DNA of 45,683 bases from Myxococcota bacterium (GTDB taxonomy: Bacteria > Myxococcota_C > UBA6777): NCBI GenBank assembly GCA_023150835.1, contig JAKLKB010000056.1:1-45683 (forward strand), read 5' to 3'. Below the pieces are notes generated by a model. The model worked only from the letters and a program-made list of their open reading frames with translations. It was not told the DNA's origin and ran no database searches. Position numbers and translations under genes: made by a program. Positions 29,579-39,529 of the stretch are shown here, piece by piece; the first letter of the stretch is position 1; every line of letters starts with the position of its first letter.

Positions 29579-29743
29579 CCAAAACCTCGGCTGTGTGTGA
29601 AAAAACCACGTCCCCCATGATATGAACGCCGCTCGCCCTTGCGTCAAGCACCTCTCCCCCCCCACATCCTCCTGTGACACGCTTATGACAATTCACACGC
29701 TCACGACAATTCCATCGAAGTGACGCCGTTTGGCTTCGTTTTT

Positions 29744-29862
29744 GTGGGGTTTCACCCCATACCCCACAAGGGAACTTCGTCCCCTTGACCCCCGTGTTGG
29801 CGAAACGATCAGACGTTTTTTAAACCAATGACGCTCTCGCTTGAGCGTCTGCGAACACGGGG
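29744..29862 (-). repeat. Dispersed double-hairpin repeat, copy C
   Basis: GTGGGGTTTCACCCCATACCCCACAAGGGAACTTCGTCCCCTTGACCCC...ACGTTTTT...GCTTGA...GAACACGGGG. Confidence 0.9.
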
Positions 29863-29880
29863 TTTCAATCGCGTCGATCT

Positions 29881-30273
29881 TCAAGTACAAAAACCTGCGC
29901 CTCCGCCAACCAAAATACACTGCGTCGTATTCTCGCAGATATCGCAGTCTTCGTTGGTACTACACGCTTTCGCTGCGCATTGCACTTTGCCTGTTTGGCA
30001 CGTCCCCGCACGACAAGACTGACCCTTTTGACAACTTACCCCACACCCGCCGCAATGAAACGCATCAGACTTGGTATCCGCACAAACCTTCGCGCAAAAC
30101 GTCCGCCCCTCGGGGCAAACGCATAACTTCCCCTCGCAGCGCTGTCCCCCCCCACAATCCTGATCCGACGAACATTGCGTCTCTGCATCCAGATAACACG
30201 CCTGCACAAACCACATCGCCACAAACACGCACACGCCCAACACACCACGCAAAACACGCCTCTCCCAAACCAT
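29881..30273 (-). CDS. Cys-rich lipoprotein (myxobacterial-type cysteine-rich repeats)
   Basis: Lipobox-like VQAC; CSSDQDC...C...C.C and CADTKSDAFHCGGCGVSC...C...C motifs. Confidence 0.75.
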   Translation of the reverse strand: MVWERRVLRGVLGVCVFVAMWFVQACYLDAETQCSSDQDCGGGQRCEGKLCVCPEGRTFCAKVCADTKSDAFHCGGCGVSCQKGQSCRAGTCQTGKVQCAAKACSTNEDCDICENTTQCILVGGGAGFCT

Positions 30274-30510
30274 CCACCTTCTCCCTCACACAACCACCAC
30301 ACCATCCCACACATCTCGCCTGACTCGATCTCACGATCCGCAAAGAACGACGCTCAAACAAACAACAGACCCGCCCCCTTGTCAAGCAAAGCCCCGCAAC
30401 ACACGACAGAAACACATCCACACACCTCTCCTTCACATCAAGCCCCACCCAACGCCCCTTCTTCGCTCCACCCTACAGATGCAATCCCCCCCATCCATCC
30501 CCGCCCCAAT

Positions 30511-31125
30511 CTACAGATGCAATAGCCCCATCCTTGCGGCATACACAACAGCTTCCGTTCGCGTGCGTGCATTGAACTTCCCAAGCACCGCATTCACATG
30601 AAACTTAGCTGTATGTTCGCTGATCTGGAGTCTTGCGGCGATCTCTTTGTTGGAAAGCCCTTGCGCCAAAAGATCCAACGCTTGTTCTTCGCGTGGCGTC
30701 AAGCTTTCTGGCAGTTCTTGTGTACTTCGTGTGCTCTGCTCTTCGAGGATATCCGAGGCAAAACGATCATCGATCACCGTCAACCCATGCGGAATCGCCC
30801 TTAGTGTGGCGATCATCCGCTCCCCCTGACCGTCTCGAAATAGCACACCTTGCGCTCCCCACCGCAACGCTTCTCGCGCATCTTCCGCCGTATGCACCAA
30901 TGCCAACCACGCGATATCGATCTCTTCTGCGAATGTTGCCGCTGCCTCCGAGGCTGTCCCCAGATCCCACAAAAGACCATCCCAAGGGCCTTGCAATCGA
31001 GCATCTGTCCATTCCCGCGATCGCATCGCATGGATCTCTTGCACCACAAATCCACCCTCCCGCTCCAACGCATAACGCAACGCCTGACGCGCCAATGGAT
31101 CGCTCGACAACACCAACACCCTCAT
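30511..31125 (-). CDS. LuxR/NarL-family response regulator
   Basis: C-terminal LTPREEQALDLLAQGLSNKEIAARLQISEHTAKFHV HTH; atypical N-terminal REC-like domain. Confidence 0.9.
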   Translation of the reverse strand: MRVLVLSSDPLARQALRYALEREGGFVVQEIHAMRSREWTDARLQGPWDGLLWDLGTASEAAATFAEEIDIAWLALVHTAEDAREALRWGAQGVLFRDGQGERMIATLRAIPHGLTVIDDRFASDILEEQSTRSTQELPESLTPREEQALDLLAQGLSNKEIAARLQISEHTAKFHVNAVLGKFNARTRTEAVVYAARMGLLHL

Positions 31126-31163
31126 CGCTCCCCTCTCTTCAAACCCAAGCAACTGTGCTTCGC

Positions 31164-32048
31164 TTACTCCGAACCTTTGACACCGATCTCGACTTGCTTT
31201 TCTTCTGAGATACCTGCTCGCAGCAACGTGAAGCGCATCGACTGCCCACCCGCATGCGCCAAGATCCCCAATAGATCGGCAAATTGCGCCACAGGCTTTT
31301 CATCGATCCGCAACAGCACATCGCCCAGTTCCAAGCCGCCCTGTTCTGCGGGGCTTTGATCGTTGATGCTGATCACCAACAAACCTACCTCTTGTTGGGC
31401 TTTTTGTACAAGGCGCGTCGGCAAGCGCACAGGCTGGACCGCAACGCCCAGATATCCGCGTGGTGTGTCACCTTCGGACAACATCGACGCGATCACCCGT
31501 TGCACCGTCGCTGCGGGGATCGTCGTCCCGCTGCGCGTCAAGCCGTGTGTGTTCAACCCCACCACTTCGCCATCAAGCGACAACAACGGCCCTCCCGAAC
31601 ATCCCATCGGCAACGAACCGTCCACATCGATCCACCGATCCACCGTCGCTCCCATCTGCGTTCGCCACGAACCGCCCAACTGCCCGATTAAACCGAGACT
31701 CACACGCAAGCCATTCGGCGGCATCCCCACCGTCAACACCACCTGCCCCACCCGAAGGCCCTCTGCTTGCGCCCAACGCACTGGCTTGCACGACAAGCCT
31801 TCGGCACGCAACAGCGCCAGATCTGTAGCGTGATCTAACCCCACCAATTGCGCACGGCTCCGCCCTCCCGCACTGTCCTCTAACTCCACATGATCTCGCC
31901 CCTCCAACAGATGCGCCACCGTCACAAACAGCCCATCTTCCGCACAAGCCATCGCTGTTCCGCTGTGCTGCTTGCGTCGATACCGCGCCAACGACTTCTC
32001 CACTGCTTCGACTTGTTCGCTGATCTGATCTGAAAATGCTTTCCACAT
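31164..32048 (-). CDS. Trypsin-like S1C serine protease with PDZ domain (no signal peptide)
   Basis: Triad TVAH / DLALL / GCSGGPL; PDZ RGYLGVAV...SPAEQGGL..GD; start placed at MWKAFS. Confidence 0.85.
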   Translation of the reverse strand: MWKAFSDQISEQVEAVEKSLARYRRKQHSGTAMACAEDGLFVTVAHLLEGRDHVELEDSAGGRSRAQLVGLDHATDLALLRAEGLSCKPVRWAQAEGLRVGQVVLTVGMPPNGLRVSLGLIGQLGGSWRTQMGATVDRWIDVDGSLPMGCSGGPLLSLDGEVVGLNTHGLTRSGTTIPAATVQRVIASMLSEGDTPRGYLGVAVQPVRLPTRLVQKAQQEVGLLVISINDQSPAEQGGLELGDVLLRIDEKPVAQFADLLGILAHAGGQSMRFTLLRAGISEEKQVEIGVKGSE

Positions 32049-32502
32049 CGGCCCATTTCTCCATGCCCCAAATAGAACAGGCGTTCGCATGGGCCACCAC
32101 GCACCACACCAACGCCCGTTCTCTCTGTGCTTTTGGCGTACACGAAACAACAACCCCCTTGGCCGTCGCTCGCCTCCGCGTCTCCGTACGCTTCTTGTCT
32201 GCGCAACACTCCACCCAGAGGCGCGCACACGCAAAACGCTCTGCCTCGGTTCCACCACCCAGTTTCCCCGAGCTGCCACGCGACCGCTTCTTCTCAAAAG
32301 CAACCTCGCCGCGTGTCTTGCCTCCTGATCTACACCCTCGCCCCGCCCTCGTCTTCCGCCAAACGGATAGCCTCCCACCTCCCCATCCGGCTAGGCTCCC
32401 CACAACGCCAACGATGGGTGAGATACTTGCTTCGCAGAACTCGAACGGTCATCATCCGTACAAACCCGTCGTGTACAACGAAACACGATGCGCAAAGGAG
32501 AC

Positions 32503-32790
32503 ATGATGACCACCCTCGAACAATCGAAAAAAGAGGAGAAGCTTGATTTACTCCTCACCACAGAGTCCAAGCAGCGGCTACAACAAGCAGCTACCCTCGC
32601 GGGGCTGGATCTGAGTGCTTTTGCTCTGGCGGCTGCGCTTGAAAAAGCAGACGCCCTCCTCACGGAGCAAGACACACGTGTCCTTTCCAGAAAACAGGCC
32701 GAACAGTTCCTTTCCTTGCTCGATACACAAGAACCGACCGAGGCTCTCTTGAACGCAACCAAACGCTACAGGTCATCGACGAATGACTGA
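32503..32790 (+). CDS. DUF1778 family RHH antitoxin (TacA/AtaR-like)
   Basis: K.E.L.L......K..LQQAA.L.G..LS.F...AA...A...L...LS......FL..LD...P...L pattern; AAGGAG RBS; overlaps the GNAT gene. Confidence 0.85.
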   Translation: MMTTLEQSKKEEKLDLLLTTESKQRLQQAATLAGLDLSAFALAAALEKADALLTEQDTRVLSRKQAEQFLSLLDTQEPTEALLNATKRYRSSTND

Positions 32791-33313
32791 AACCGAGCCG
32801 ACCCCCTCCAAGATCGCATTCCAAAAATTATCAGCGTCTGACGATCGCAGTCAATTCGATTGCGGAAACCTCGAACTCAACGAGTATCTCAAAAAATATG
32901 CTCGTCAAAATCAAGATTTGTCTTTGGGCATCACCTACACAGCCAAACGCGAACACGAACAAACGATACTTGGCTTTTATACGCTGTCCTCAGGACAAAT
33001 CCTCTTCCAAGACGTTCCAAAAGAACTCACCAAAAGACTCCCGCGCTATCCGTTGCCGATCGCACGGATCGGTCGTCTAGCAAGGGATCTTTCCACCAAA
33101 GGAACTGGGATGGGAGAATTGCTTTTAATGGACGCATTTCAACGCGTTCTCAACGTGTCCGAAGCGATGGGGATCTACGGGATCGAAGTCGTCGCAAAAG
33201 ACGCAGGCGCGAAACGCTTCTATGAACGGTACGGATTCCAAGAATTGCTCGACGACCCGCTGCATCTGTTCCTTTCCCTCAAAGCCATCCGAAACGCTTT
33301 TGTTTCGCCTTGA
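32783..33313 (+). CDS. GNAT family toxin (TacT/AtaT-like acetyltransferase)
   Basis: FDCGNLELNEYLK..A.Q, ILGFYTLS, PRYPLP..RIGRLA, GTGMGELLL.DA, A..FYERYGF. Confidence 0.88.
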   Translation: MTETEPTPSKIAFQKLSASDDRSQFDCGNLELNEYLKKYARQNQDLSLGITYTAKREHEQTILGFYTLSSGQILFQDVPKELTKRLPRYPLPIARIGRLARDLSTKGTGMGELLLMDAFQRVLNVSEAMGIYGIEVVAKDAGAKRFYERYGFQELLDDPLHLFLSLKAIRNAFVSP

Positions 33314-33366
33314 TCCCGAACAAGCGGCCCTCAACCCACACCCCAAAAGCAGACAACACCATCAAA

Positions 33367-35571
33367 CTACGGACGTTCAGAGGCTTTCGTTCGTTCTCTC
33401 CAAGGCTTGGACATCCGCAACAACCCCCAACGCACCAAAGGCCGCAGACATCGGAGCAACCAACGGATCTTGGAAGTCAAGGCCACCGCTTCGTTGCGAT
33501 AATCCGCAAAGCTGCGGTGTTGGTAAGCGAGCAAGGCTTGGCTTTCGGAAGTGTCGAGCCAGTCTGTATAATAAGCCGCCCGCCCAAAAGCCTCCGTCGG
33601 GAGTTGCCCACACACCAACATCTCTTCGACCACATCAAACAACGCACCAAAGGTCACTTGGCAGGTCGGCCCGCCACCGATCAGCAGCGTCTTTTTGCAG
33701 GCGTCGGGATGATGGATCGCACGCGCTTGGGCTGACGCAACATCCCGTGTATCCACGATCTCCACACGCTGCTTTGGATCGTTGGGAAAGAGCATCGCCA
33801 ACAATTGCGGATCTCTCGGCGGCTCATCCGCTCGCATCGCAGCGGCGATACGCAAGATCACCCAGTCCAACCGACTTTCTCGGATCATCTCTTCGCAAGC
33901 GGCTTTTTGTCTCGTGTAATGATCGCTCGGATGGATCGGCGTATCCGACCGCAACGGCGGCTGCCTCGAAGCATCCGCGCCGTACAGCGAAAACGAAGAC
34001 GCAAAAAGCAACCGAGCATGAGGGGCCATCTGTTCTGCGATACCGATCAACTGGCGCGTAGCATCAACGTTTACAGCATACGCCAAGGCCGGATCTTGCT
34101 CGGTTTTGGGTGGGATGATGCCTGCATTATGAAGGATCGCATCGCACCCCTCGACAGCACGCAGCACCACGTCTGCATCGCGGATATCGCCCCAAAAGAA
34201 CCGACATCCCGCTTGTTCCGTTGCAAAACGACGCGCCCAACGTTGGTTCGCTCGCGTCGGCAGATCCAACGCATGCACCTCATCCCCTTGTGCAAGCAAC
34301 GCTCGCAACACTTCCCGCCCAAGCAAACCACACGCACCCGTCAACAACACACGCCTTCGCTTCGCAAAAGAAGGCGCATCAGGCCGGATACAACGAACTC
34401 CTTGGCGATCCATCTCAACGACACAGCCGTTGCATTGATCGCAGCCGCTGCGTTCGATCTCGCCTTGCTCGATGCGTCGAACAAAGGCAGGATCGTAGAT
34501 CAAAGGCCGCCCAAGAGCGACCATCTCAAAGCCTTCACACATCGCACACAACAAGTTCTCTCGTGAGACGATGCCACCAAGCAGCACCAACGGGATGTCC
34601 ACCGCCGCCCGAACACGCCGAGCCTGTTCGAGAAAAAACATCTCTTGAAACGGATATCGTTTGACCAACAACGGGCCAAACAATCGCATCGCCCAACGCT
34701 GCAACGGATTCTTTTCGATCTCCACCATCCCCTCAAGCGGCCTTCCCCCTCGCATCAAGTAAAATGCGCTGCGACTTACAAAGCCTCCGCTCAAGACCAA
34801 AGCATCGGCTCCTTGGCGCGCAAGCGCTTGCGCGATCACCACCGCTTCCTCAACTTCATTGCCGCCCCGAAAACCATCGCTCAGATTGATCTTGCAAAAG
34901 ATCGGATAGCGCGCCCCCACCGCCTCGCGCACCGCTCCCACCACTTCGAGCGGAAAACGCAAACGACCCTCGATATCGCCACCATAAGCATCACGCCGCC
35001 GATTGCTCCACTGACTCAAAAACTGGCTCAACAAATACCCATGCCCCAAATGCAGCTCCACCGCATCAAACCCCGCTGCTTTCGCATTACACGCCGCTTG
35101 CGCAAAATCTCGGACCGTCTGCCGTAGCGCCAAAGCATCCATCTCCCTCGAAAACACAAGCCCTTTCATCAAACCATACGGATTGAACAAGCGCGAAGGC
35201 CCCAACGGTCGCCCCGAAGAAAGCTGCTCGTTCTTCGTGAAATAGCCACAATGTCCAAGCTGCAACATCGCGGCTGCACCCTCTTGATGCACCGCTTCCG
35301 TCAACTTCCGCAACATCGGCATCACCGCAGGGCGCATATACATCTGCTCTGCAAACGTCCGTCCATCCGCAGATACCGAACAATATGCAACAGTCGTCAT
35401 CCCGATCCCACCCGCTGCGATATCTCGATGATGCCGAATCAACGCTTCCGATGGAATCCCATCAGGCGTCATCCCCTCATACGTCGCCGTCTTGATCGTC
35501 CGATTGCGCAAACGCAGATCCCCGATCTGCAACGGCGAATACAATCTCTCCCAAGCTTGGCTCTCTTCCAT
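33367..35571 (-). CDS. Fusion of an NADH:flavin oxidoreductase (OYE-like) and an extended SDR/epimerase
   Basis: LRNRTIKTAT, QLGHCG, HLGHGYLLSQFLS, CDQCNGC; then LTGACGLLG, GDI.D, HNAG, ASS, YTRQK; start placed at MEESQA. Confidence 0.85.
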   Translation of the reverse strand: MEESQAWERLYSPLQIGDLRLRNRTIKTATYEGMTPDGIPSEALIRHHRDIAAGGIGMTTVAYCSVSADGRTFAEQMYMRPAVMPMLRKLTEAVHQEGAAAMLQLGHCGYFTKNEQLSSGRPLGPSRLFNPYGLMKGLVFSREMDALALRQTVRDFAQAACNAKAAGFDAVELHLGHGYLLSQFLSQWSNRRRDAYGGDIEGRLRFPLEVVGAVREAVGARYPIFCKINLSDGFRGGNEVEEAVVIAQALARQGADALVLSGGFVSRSAFYLMRGGRPLEGMVEIEKNPLQRWAMRLFGPLLVKRYPFQEMFFLEQARRVRAAVDIPLVLLGGIVSRENLLCAMCEGFEMVALGRPLIYDPAFVRRIEQGEIERSGCDQCNGCVVEMDRQGVRCIRPDAPSFAKRRRVLLTGACGLLGREVLRALLAQGDEVHALDLPTRANQRWARRFATEQAGCRFFWGDIRDADVVLRAVEGCDAILHNAGIIPPKTEQDPALAYAVNVDATRQLIGIAEQMAPHARLLFASSFSLYGADASRQPPLRSDTPIHPSDHYTRQKAACEEMIRESRLDWVILRIAAAMRADEPPRDPQLLAMLFPNDPKQRVEIVDTRDVASAQARAIHHPDACKKTLLIGGGPTCQVTFGALFDVVEEMLVCGQLPTEAFGRAAYYTDWLDTSESQALLAYQHRSFADYRNEAVALTSKIRWLLRCLRPLVRWGLLRMSKPWRERTKASERP

Positions 35572-35635
35572 CGAACTGTCTCCAACGTCCCGAAAAATCA
35601 ACCATCTGATCGCAGCAACGTAGCTGGCAAACCTC

Positions 35636-35757
35636 CCCCCGTGTTCGGGGTATTTCAAGCGACAGAGCCGCCGACGTAAAAAACGATGATCTCTTCGCCT
35701 ACACGGGGTCAAGGGGGCCGAGACCCCTTGTGGGGCGTGAGGTGACACCCCACAAAA
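35636..35757 (+). repeat. Dispersed double-hairpin repeat, copy D (G-rich strand = +)
   Basis: CCCCCGTGTTCG...TCAAGC...AAAAAACG...GGGGTCAAGGGGGCCGAGACCCCTTGTGGGGCGTGAGGTGACACCCCAC. Confidence 0.85.
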
Positions 35758-35801
35758 ACCATCCAACCGCGTCACTCCCACACCAACCATCACCGTCCTG
35801 C

Positions 35802-36848
35802 TCAAAGCGAGATCAGAGCAGAACGCACAAAAGCCTGTTGTATCGGCGTTAATTGAGCTATCGAATCCTCGTCGATGCGGGTAGTTGCGTCGATACGCGC
35901 ACCAGCAAGACTCGAAGCCTCGTGTTCTTCGGGCACAAATGAAACACCAAACAAGCTGGCCCCACGCAGATCCGCACCGCGCAGATCCGCACCACAAAAA
36001 TTCGCACCCTCCACATCCGCCCCGCGAAATCCAGCCCCCAAAAGCCGCGCCCCTTGGAGATGAGCGTTAGAAAGGTTTGCTTGGGCAAAGCAAGCCCCCG
36101 AAAGATCGGCTCCGCGAAAGTCGGCATTGCGCAGCTTGGCGCGTTGTGCTTGCAAACCAACAAGAGACATCTTCGCTGCTTGCAAACTGAGGATCTCTTG
36201 ATCCGAAAAGTCTTTTGTTGCAAGCAGTCGCCCAAGCAGCTTGCGATCTAACGAAGGCGTGATATAGCGCTGTTCTTTCCAAGGGTCGGCCTCGTTGTGA
36301 TAACCCGAACCACCTTCCCACGTCCCAAGGCGATCTTCGGCAAGCAACTCGATTCGCTCCAGCCACTTGAGGCTTTTGTGAAAATATCGCGCAGGAACCA
36401 CCGTACGCATCGGCCCCCCATGCTCCGAAGAAAGCGCTTCCCCTTCGTGCGTAAAAGCCACCAAGATATCCAGCGCAAGGACATCCGCAAGCGGCAGCGA
36501 TGTATGATGGCCGTAAGTACTCCGCGCAACAAACTGCACAAAACGCGCTTCGGGCTTTGGAACCACCACCTCCAAGATATCCGACAACGCGATCCCACCA
36601 AAACGCACGTCCAACCGCGACCACCGCGTCACACAATGGATATCCAACTCCCGCTCTTGCCATCCAAACTCCGCCCGCAACGCCTCCAACGACCACTCCC
36701 GCTCTCGCTCCACCAACCCGCCCACCCAAAGACGCCACGGCGCATCCTCTCGACGCGGCTCACGTTCTCCCACCAACGGCCATCTGCCCTCCGCCGCCAA
36801 CGCTTGATTCGGCGGCAACCTCTCTCTCAACATATCCTTCTTCGTCAT
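35802..36848 (-). CDS. Sulfite-oxidase-family molybdopterin oxidoreductase fused to pentapeptide repeats
   Basis: RLPPNQ, DIHCVTRWS (Mo-ligating Cys), EHGGPMR.VVP, KSLKWL..IE, G.WE..GYH..ADPW.EQRY; C-terminal ADFRG/ADLSG/ANLSN/ADLRG repeats. Confidence 0.88.
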   Translation of the reverse strand: MTKKDMLRERLPPNQALAAEGRWPLVGEREPRREDAPWRLWVGGLVEREREWSLEALRAEFGWQERELDIHCVTRWSRLDVRFGGIALSDILEVVVPKPEARFVQFVARSTYGHHTSLPLADVLALDILVAFTHEGEALSSEHGGPMRTVVPARYFHKSLKWLERIELLAEDRLGTWEGGSGYHNEADPWKEQRYITPSLDRKLLGRLLATKDFSDQEILSLQAAKMSLVGLQAQRAKLRNADFRGADLSGACFAQANLSNAHLQGARLLGAGFRGADVEGANFCGADLRGADLRGASLFGVSFVPEEHEASSLAGARIDATTRIDEDSIAQLTPIQQAFVRSALISL

Positions 36849-36890
36849 CGATTCGGCCTTTTTTCTTTTCTATTCCAATAAGACTTGCGC

Positions 36891-37090
36891 GGTTGGATAG
36901 GTGTTTGTGGGGTTTCACCTCCACCATGCTGCGGGTTGTTTCTTCCACCCCTTCGGGTTGGATAGGTGTTTGTGGGGTTTCACCCCACGCCCCACAAGGG
37001 AACTCCGTCCCCTTGACCCCGTATTGGCGAAACAAACACAGGTTTTTCAAACCCACAACGTTGTCGCTTGAACAGGCACGAACACGGGGT
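36891..37090 (-). repeat. Dispersed double-hairpin repeat, copy E, preceded by a 29-bp partial duplication
   Basis: GGTTGGATAGGTGTTTGTGGGGTTTCACC at 36891 and 36956; full unit at 36972-37090. Confidence 0.88.
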
Positions 37091-37163
37091 TTTTGAACGA
37101 CACACGTCCCCTATACTGCGATGCATTACGAAGCATGAGGCTTCTTCTGGTCGTTTCTCATGT

Positions 37164-37301
<138 letters not shown>

Positions 37302-37312
37302 TTTTTTGTCGG

Positions 37313-38290
37313 TTAGGCAGGATAGCGCTCTTTCAACCACCGCGCCATCGGTGCAAAAACCAGTTCTTGCGAATAATGGCTGATAAACAGATCCGCGTGT
37401 GCAAAACGCCGCGTATCATCGCCGACTTCGATCAGGGCTTTTTCTTTTGCGCCAGAATGGGTGAGGATCGAGCGCGCTGTTTCGGGAGGGACGATCCCAT
37501 CGGCATTGGCAAGGATACACAAGATCGGCAGATCCACATAACGCATCGCTTCCGTCACGTTAATCCCTTCGAGGACGAGATCACCATGCCGAAACCACCG
37601 CGCCATCTGGCGATTTAAGACGCGGTTGGGTTGATCGACGGTGGCGATCATCTCGCCGATGTGTTCCCGCGAAGTCATCTCGGGGTGCATATAGATCTTG
37701 AGCAAAAAAGGAAACCGCTCGATCAACGGATACACCGCACGAACCATCTTGCGCGTGTCGCCCATCGGGATCATCCCCACCAACTCCGGCACCGAAAAAG
37801 CGATCTTGAGCAACGGATGGATCACTTCCCAACGCAGCGGCGCACCGATCGCCACCATCGCTCCCACCCGTGGCTTGGGATTCATCGTCACATAAGCCGC
37901 CATCAACGTCCCACCCAAACTCGCCCCCAAGATATCCACGCGATCTTGTTTGGTTTGTGTCCGCGCCAAGATCGCCCGAATCGCCGCAGGGATATCCGAC
38001 AACACAAGCTCTTTCACACCGTACAGCCGATCCCCGCCCCGCCAGATCGCATCCCCCTGACCTCGCATACTGATCGACCACACCTCAAACCCTTGTTGCG
38101 CAAGATATCCCTCCAATGAAAGACCTGTCGGATGATACCCAAAAATAAACGAATTCATTGCATAGCCCGGGATAATCACCAACGGTCGATACGATGGATC
38201 AAAACGCTCCCGATCCACCGTACATCTCAGCCCAAGATCCCAACCCTCTCGGTTGGATGTGTATGATTGTGTGATCTCCAACTCCGACAT
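37313..38290 (-). CDS. Alpha/beta hydrolase (lipase/PhaC-like fold)
   Basis: IIPG, GFEVW, nucleophile elbow GASLGG, ADGIVP, FAHADLF. Confidence 0.85.
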   Translation of the reverse strand: MSELEITQSYTSNREGWDLGLRCTVDRERFDPSYRPLVIIPGYAMNSFIFGYHPTGLSLEGYLAQQGFEVWSISMRGQGDAIWRGGDRLYGVKELVLSDIPAAIRAILARTQTKQDRVDILGASLGGTLMAAYVTMNPKPRVGAMVAIGAPLRWEVIHPLLKIAFSVPELVGMIPMGDTRKMVRAVYPLIERFPFLLKIYMHPEMTSREHIGEMIATVDQPNRVLNRQMARWFRHGDLVLEGINVTEAMRYVDLPILCILANADGIVPPETARSILTHSGAKEKALIEVGDDTRRFAHADLFISHYSQELVFAPMARWLKERYPA

Positions 38291-38410
38291 CGCTCCAAAC
38301 CTCCACAGCATCGCGCTCTCGCACAAATAGCCCGTCTTATTTCAGCACAAGCCTTTCAAACGGCCTGCATTTAACAACAACCCCCTCCACACCACAACAG
38401 AAAAGCTCTC

Positions 38411-38439
38411 TTGACTTTCTATCGCCTGCTCTTTATAAA
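38411..38439 (+). promoter_or_regulatory. Sigma70-type promoter for the 38489-42138 operon
   Basis: TTGACT (38411-38416), 17-bp spacer, TATAAA (38434-38439); AAGGAGG RBS downstream. Confidence 0.75.
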
Positions 38440-38443
38440 AAGA

Positions 38444-38457
38444 TGACTATTCAGTCA
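38444..38457. promoter_or_regulatory. Palindromic operator candidate over the expected +1
   Basis: TGACT-ATTC-AGTCA. Confidence 0.6.
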
Positions 38458-38488
38458 CGTTTTACACAAACCGACAAGGAGGAAGAAG

Positions 38489-39529
38489 ATGTCATTGTGG
38501 CGACCAAGCGGAATGCCCGAACACAACTACGATTTTTATCAATGGAGCGCAGACAAACAGGGTCTATATGAATCGAACTACATCAAAGCGAACAGTCCGG
38601 ATGGAAAGCGCGCTCTTTGGTTAAAGCACAACATCCTTGCGCCAACGCAACCAAACAAGCCGTCATTGGTGGAGTTATGGTGCGTGTATTTTTCGCGTGG
38701 CGAAGCCCCAAGGGTGGTCAAGCAAGATATCCCCGCGCAAAGCGTCCGTCTGGCGACCGAGAGCCTCAAGATGGAAGGCCAAGATATCCTGTTAACGCCA
38801 ACGCGCACAGCCACCACGATCCGCGATGGCAAGCATACGGTATCTTGGGATATCTCGATCCGCCCCGATGATGCGGTGTCAACGCAGCCGCTGATTCATT
38901 TCCCTTATGCTCGGATGTACACGCTGCCCTTTCCAAAAAAGAAGCTGGTGACGCCGCAACCCAAGACCCGATGGGATGGCGTGTTTCGATGGGATGGCGA
39001 AGAGATCCCGATCGCAGACTGGATCGGCTTTCGCAACCACAACTGGGGGACCGAACACGCATGGCGTTATGCGTATGGGAACTGCAACGATTTTCCTGAG
39101 ATGAGCGGCTTGGTGGTGGATGCTTTTTCCGCCAAGATCCGCATTGGTCCGTTCAAAAGCCCGTTTTTAAGCGCGGGGATCGTGCGACAAGGCCGAGAAG
39201 ATCTGGCCTTCAATGCGATCCGCAGCATCGTGGGAGCCAAAGCCCACGTCGAATTTCCACGATGGGAGCTACGGATCGAGCGCGGCGAGATGACGATGGA
39301 GTGGTTGCAAGAGGGCCGACCTGCGGAATTTGCGGGCCTCCCTTATCTGCATCCCAACGGAGCGAAAAGTTATTGCTACAACACCAAATGGGCCAAGACA
39401 ACGCTACGTTTGCGGCGCGGAAAAACGGGCTGGCAGGAATATCGCAGCGAGCAAGGCGAGCTTGAATTCTTATACAACAAGCCGATCCACGGCATCCCAT
39501 TGTATCAAGGCGGAGGATCGCACCGATGA
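38489..39529 (+). CDS. Hypothetical protein, possible tocopherol-cyclase/AttH-like beta fold
   Basis: Strong RBS; YES.Y...N......ALWL, NHNWGTEHA, Y.HPNG...YC.N motifs; fold assignment tentative. Confidence 0.7.
   Translation: MSLWRPSGMPEHNYDFYQWSADKQGLYESNYIKANSPDGKRALWLKHNILAPTQPNKPSLVELWCVYFSRGEAPRVVKQDIPAQSVRLATESLKMEGQDILLTPTRTATTIRDGKHTVSWDISIRPDDAVSTQPLIHFPYARMYTLPFPKKKLVTPQPKTRWDGVFRWDGEEIPIADWIGFRNHNWGTEHAWRYAYGNCNDFPEMSGLVVDAFSAKIRIGPFKSPFLSAGIVRQGREDLAFNAIRSIVGAKAHVEFPRWELRIERGEMTMEWLQEGRPAEFAGLPYLHPNGAKSYCYNTKWAKTTLRLRRGKTGWQEYRSEQGELEFLYNKPIHGIPLYQGGGSHR

Noticed and set aside
35572-35997. N-terminal extension of the 876 aa ORF
   Set aside because: It runs through repeat copy D and overlaps the upstream gene; homology starts at MEESQA
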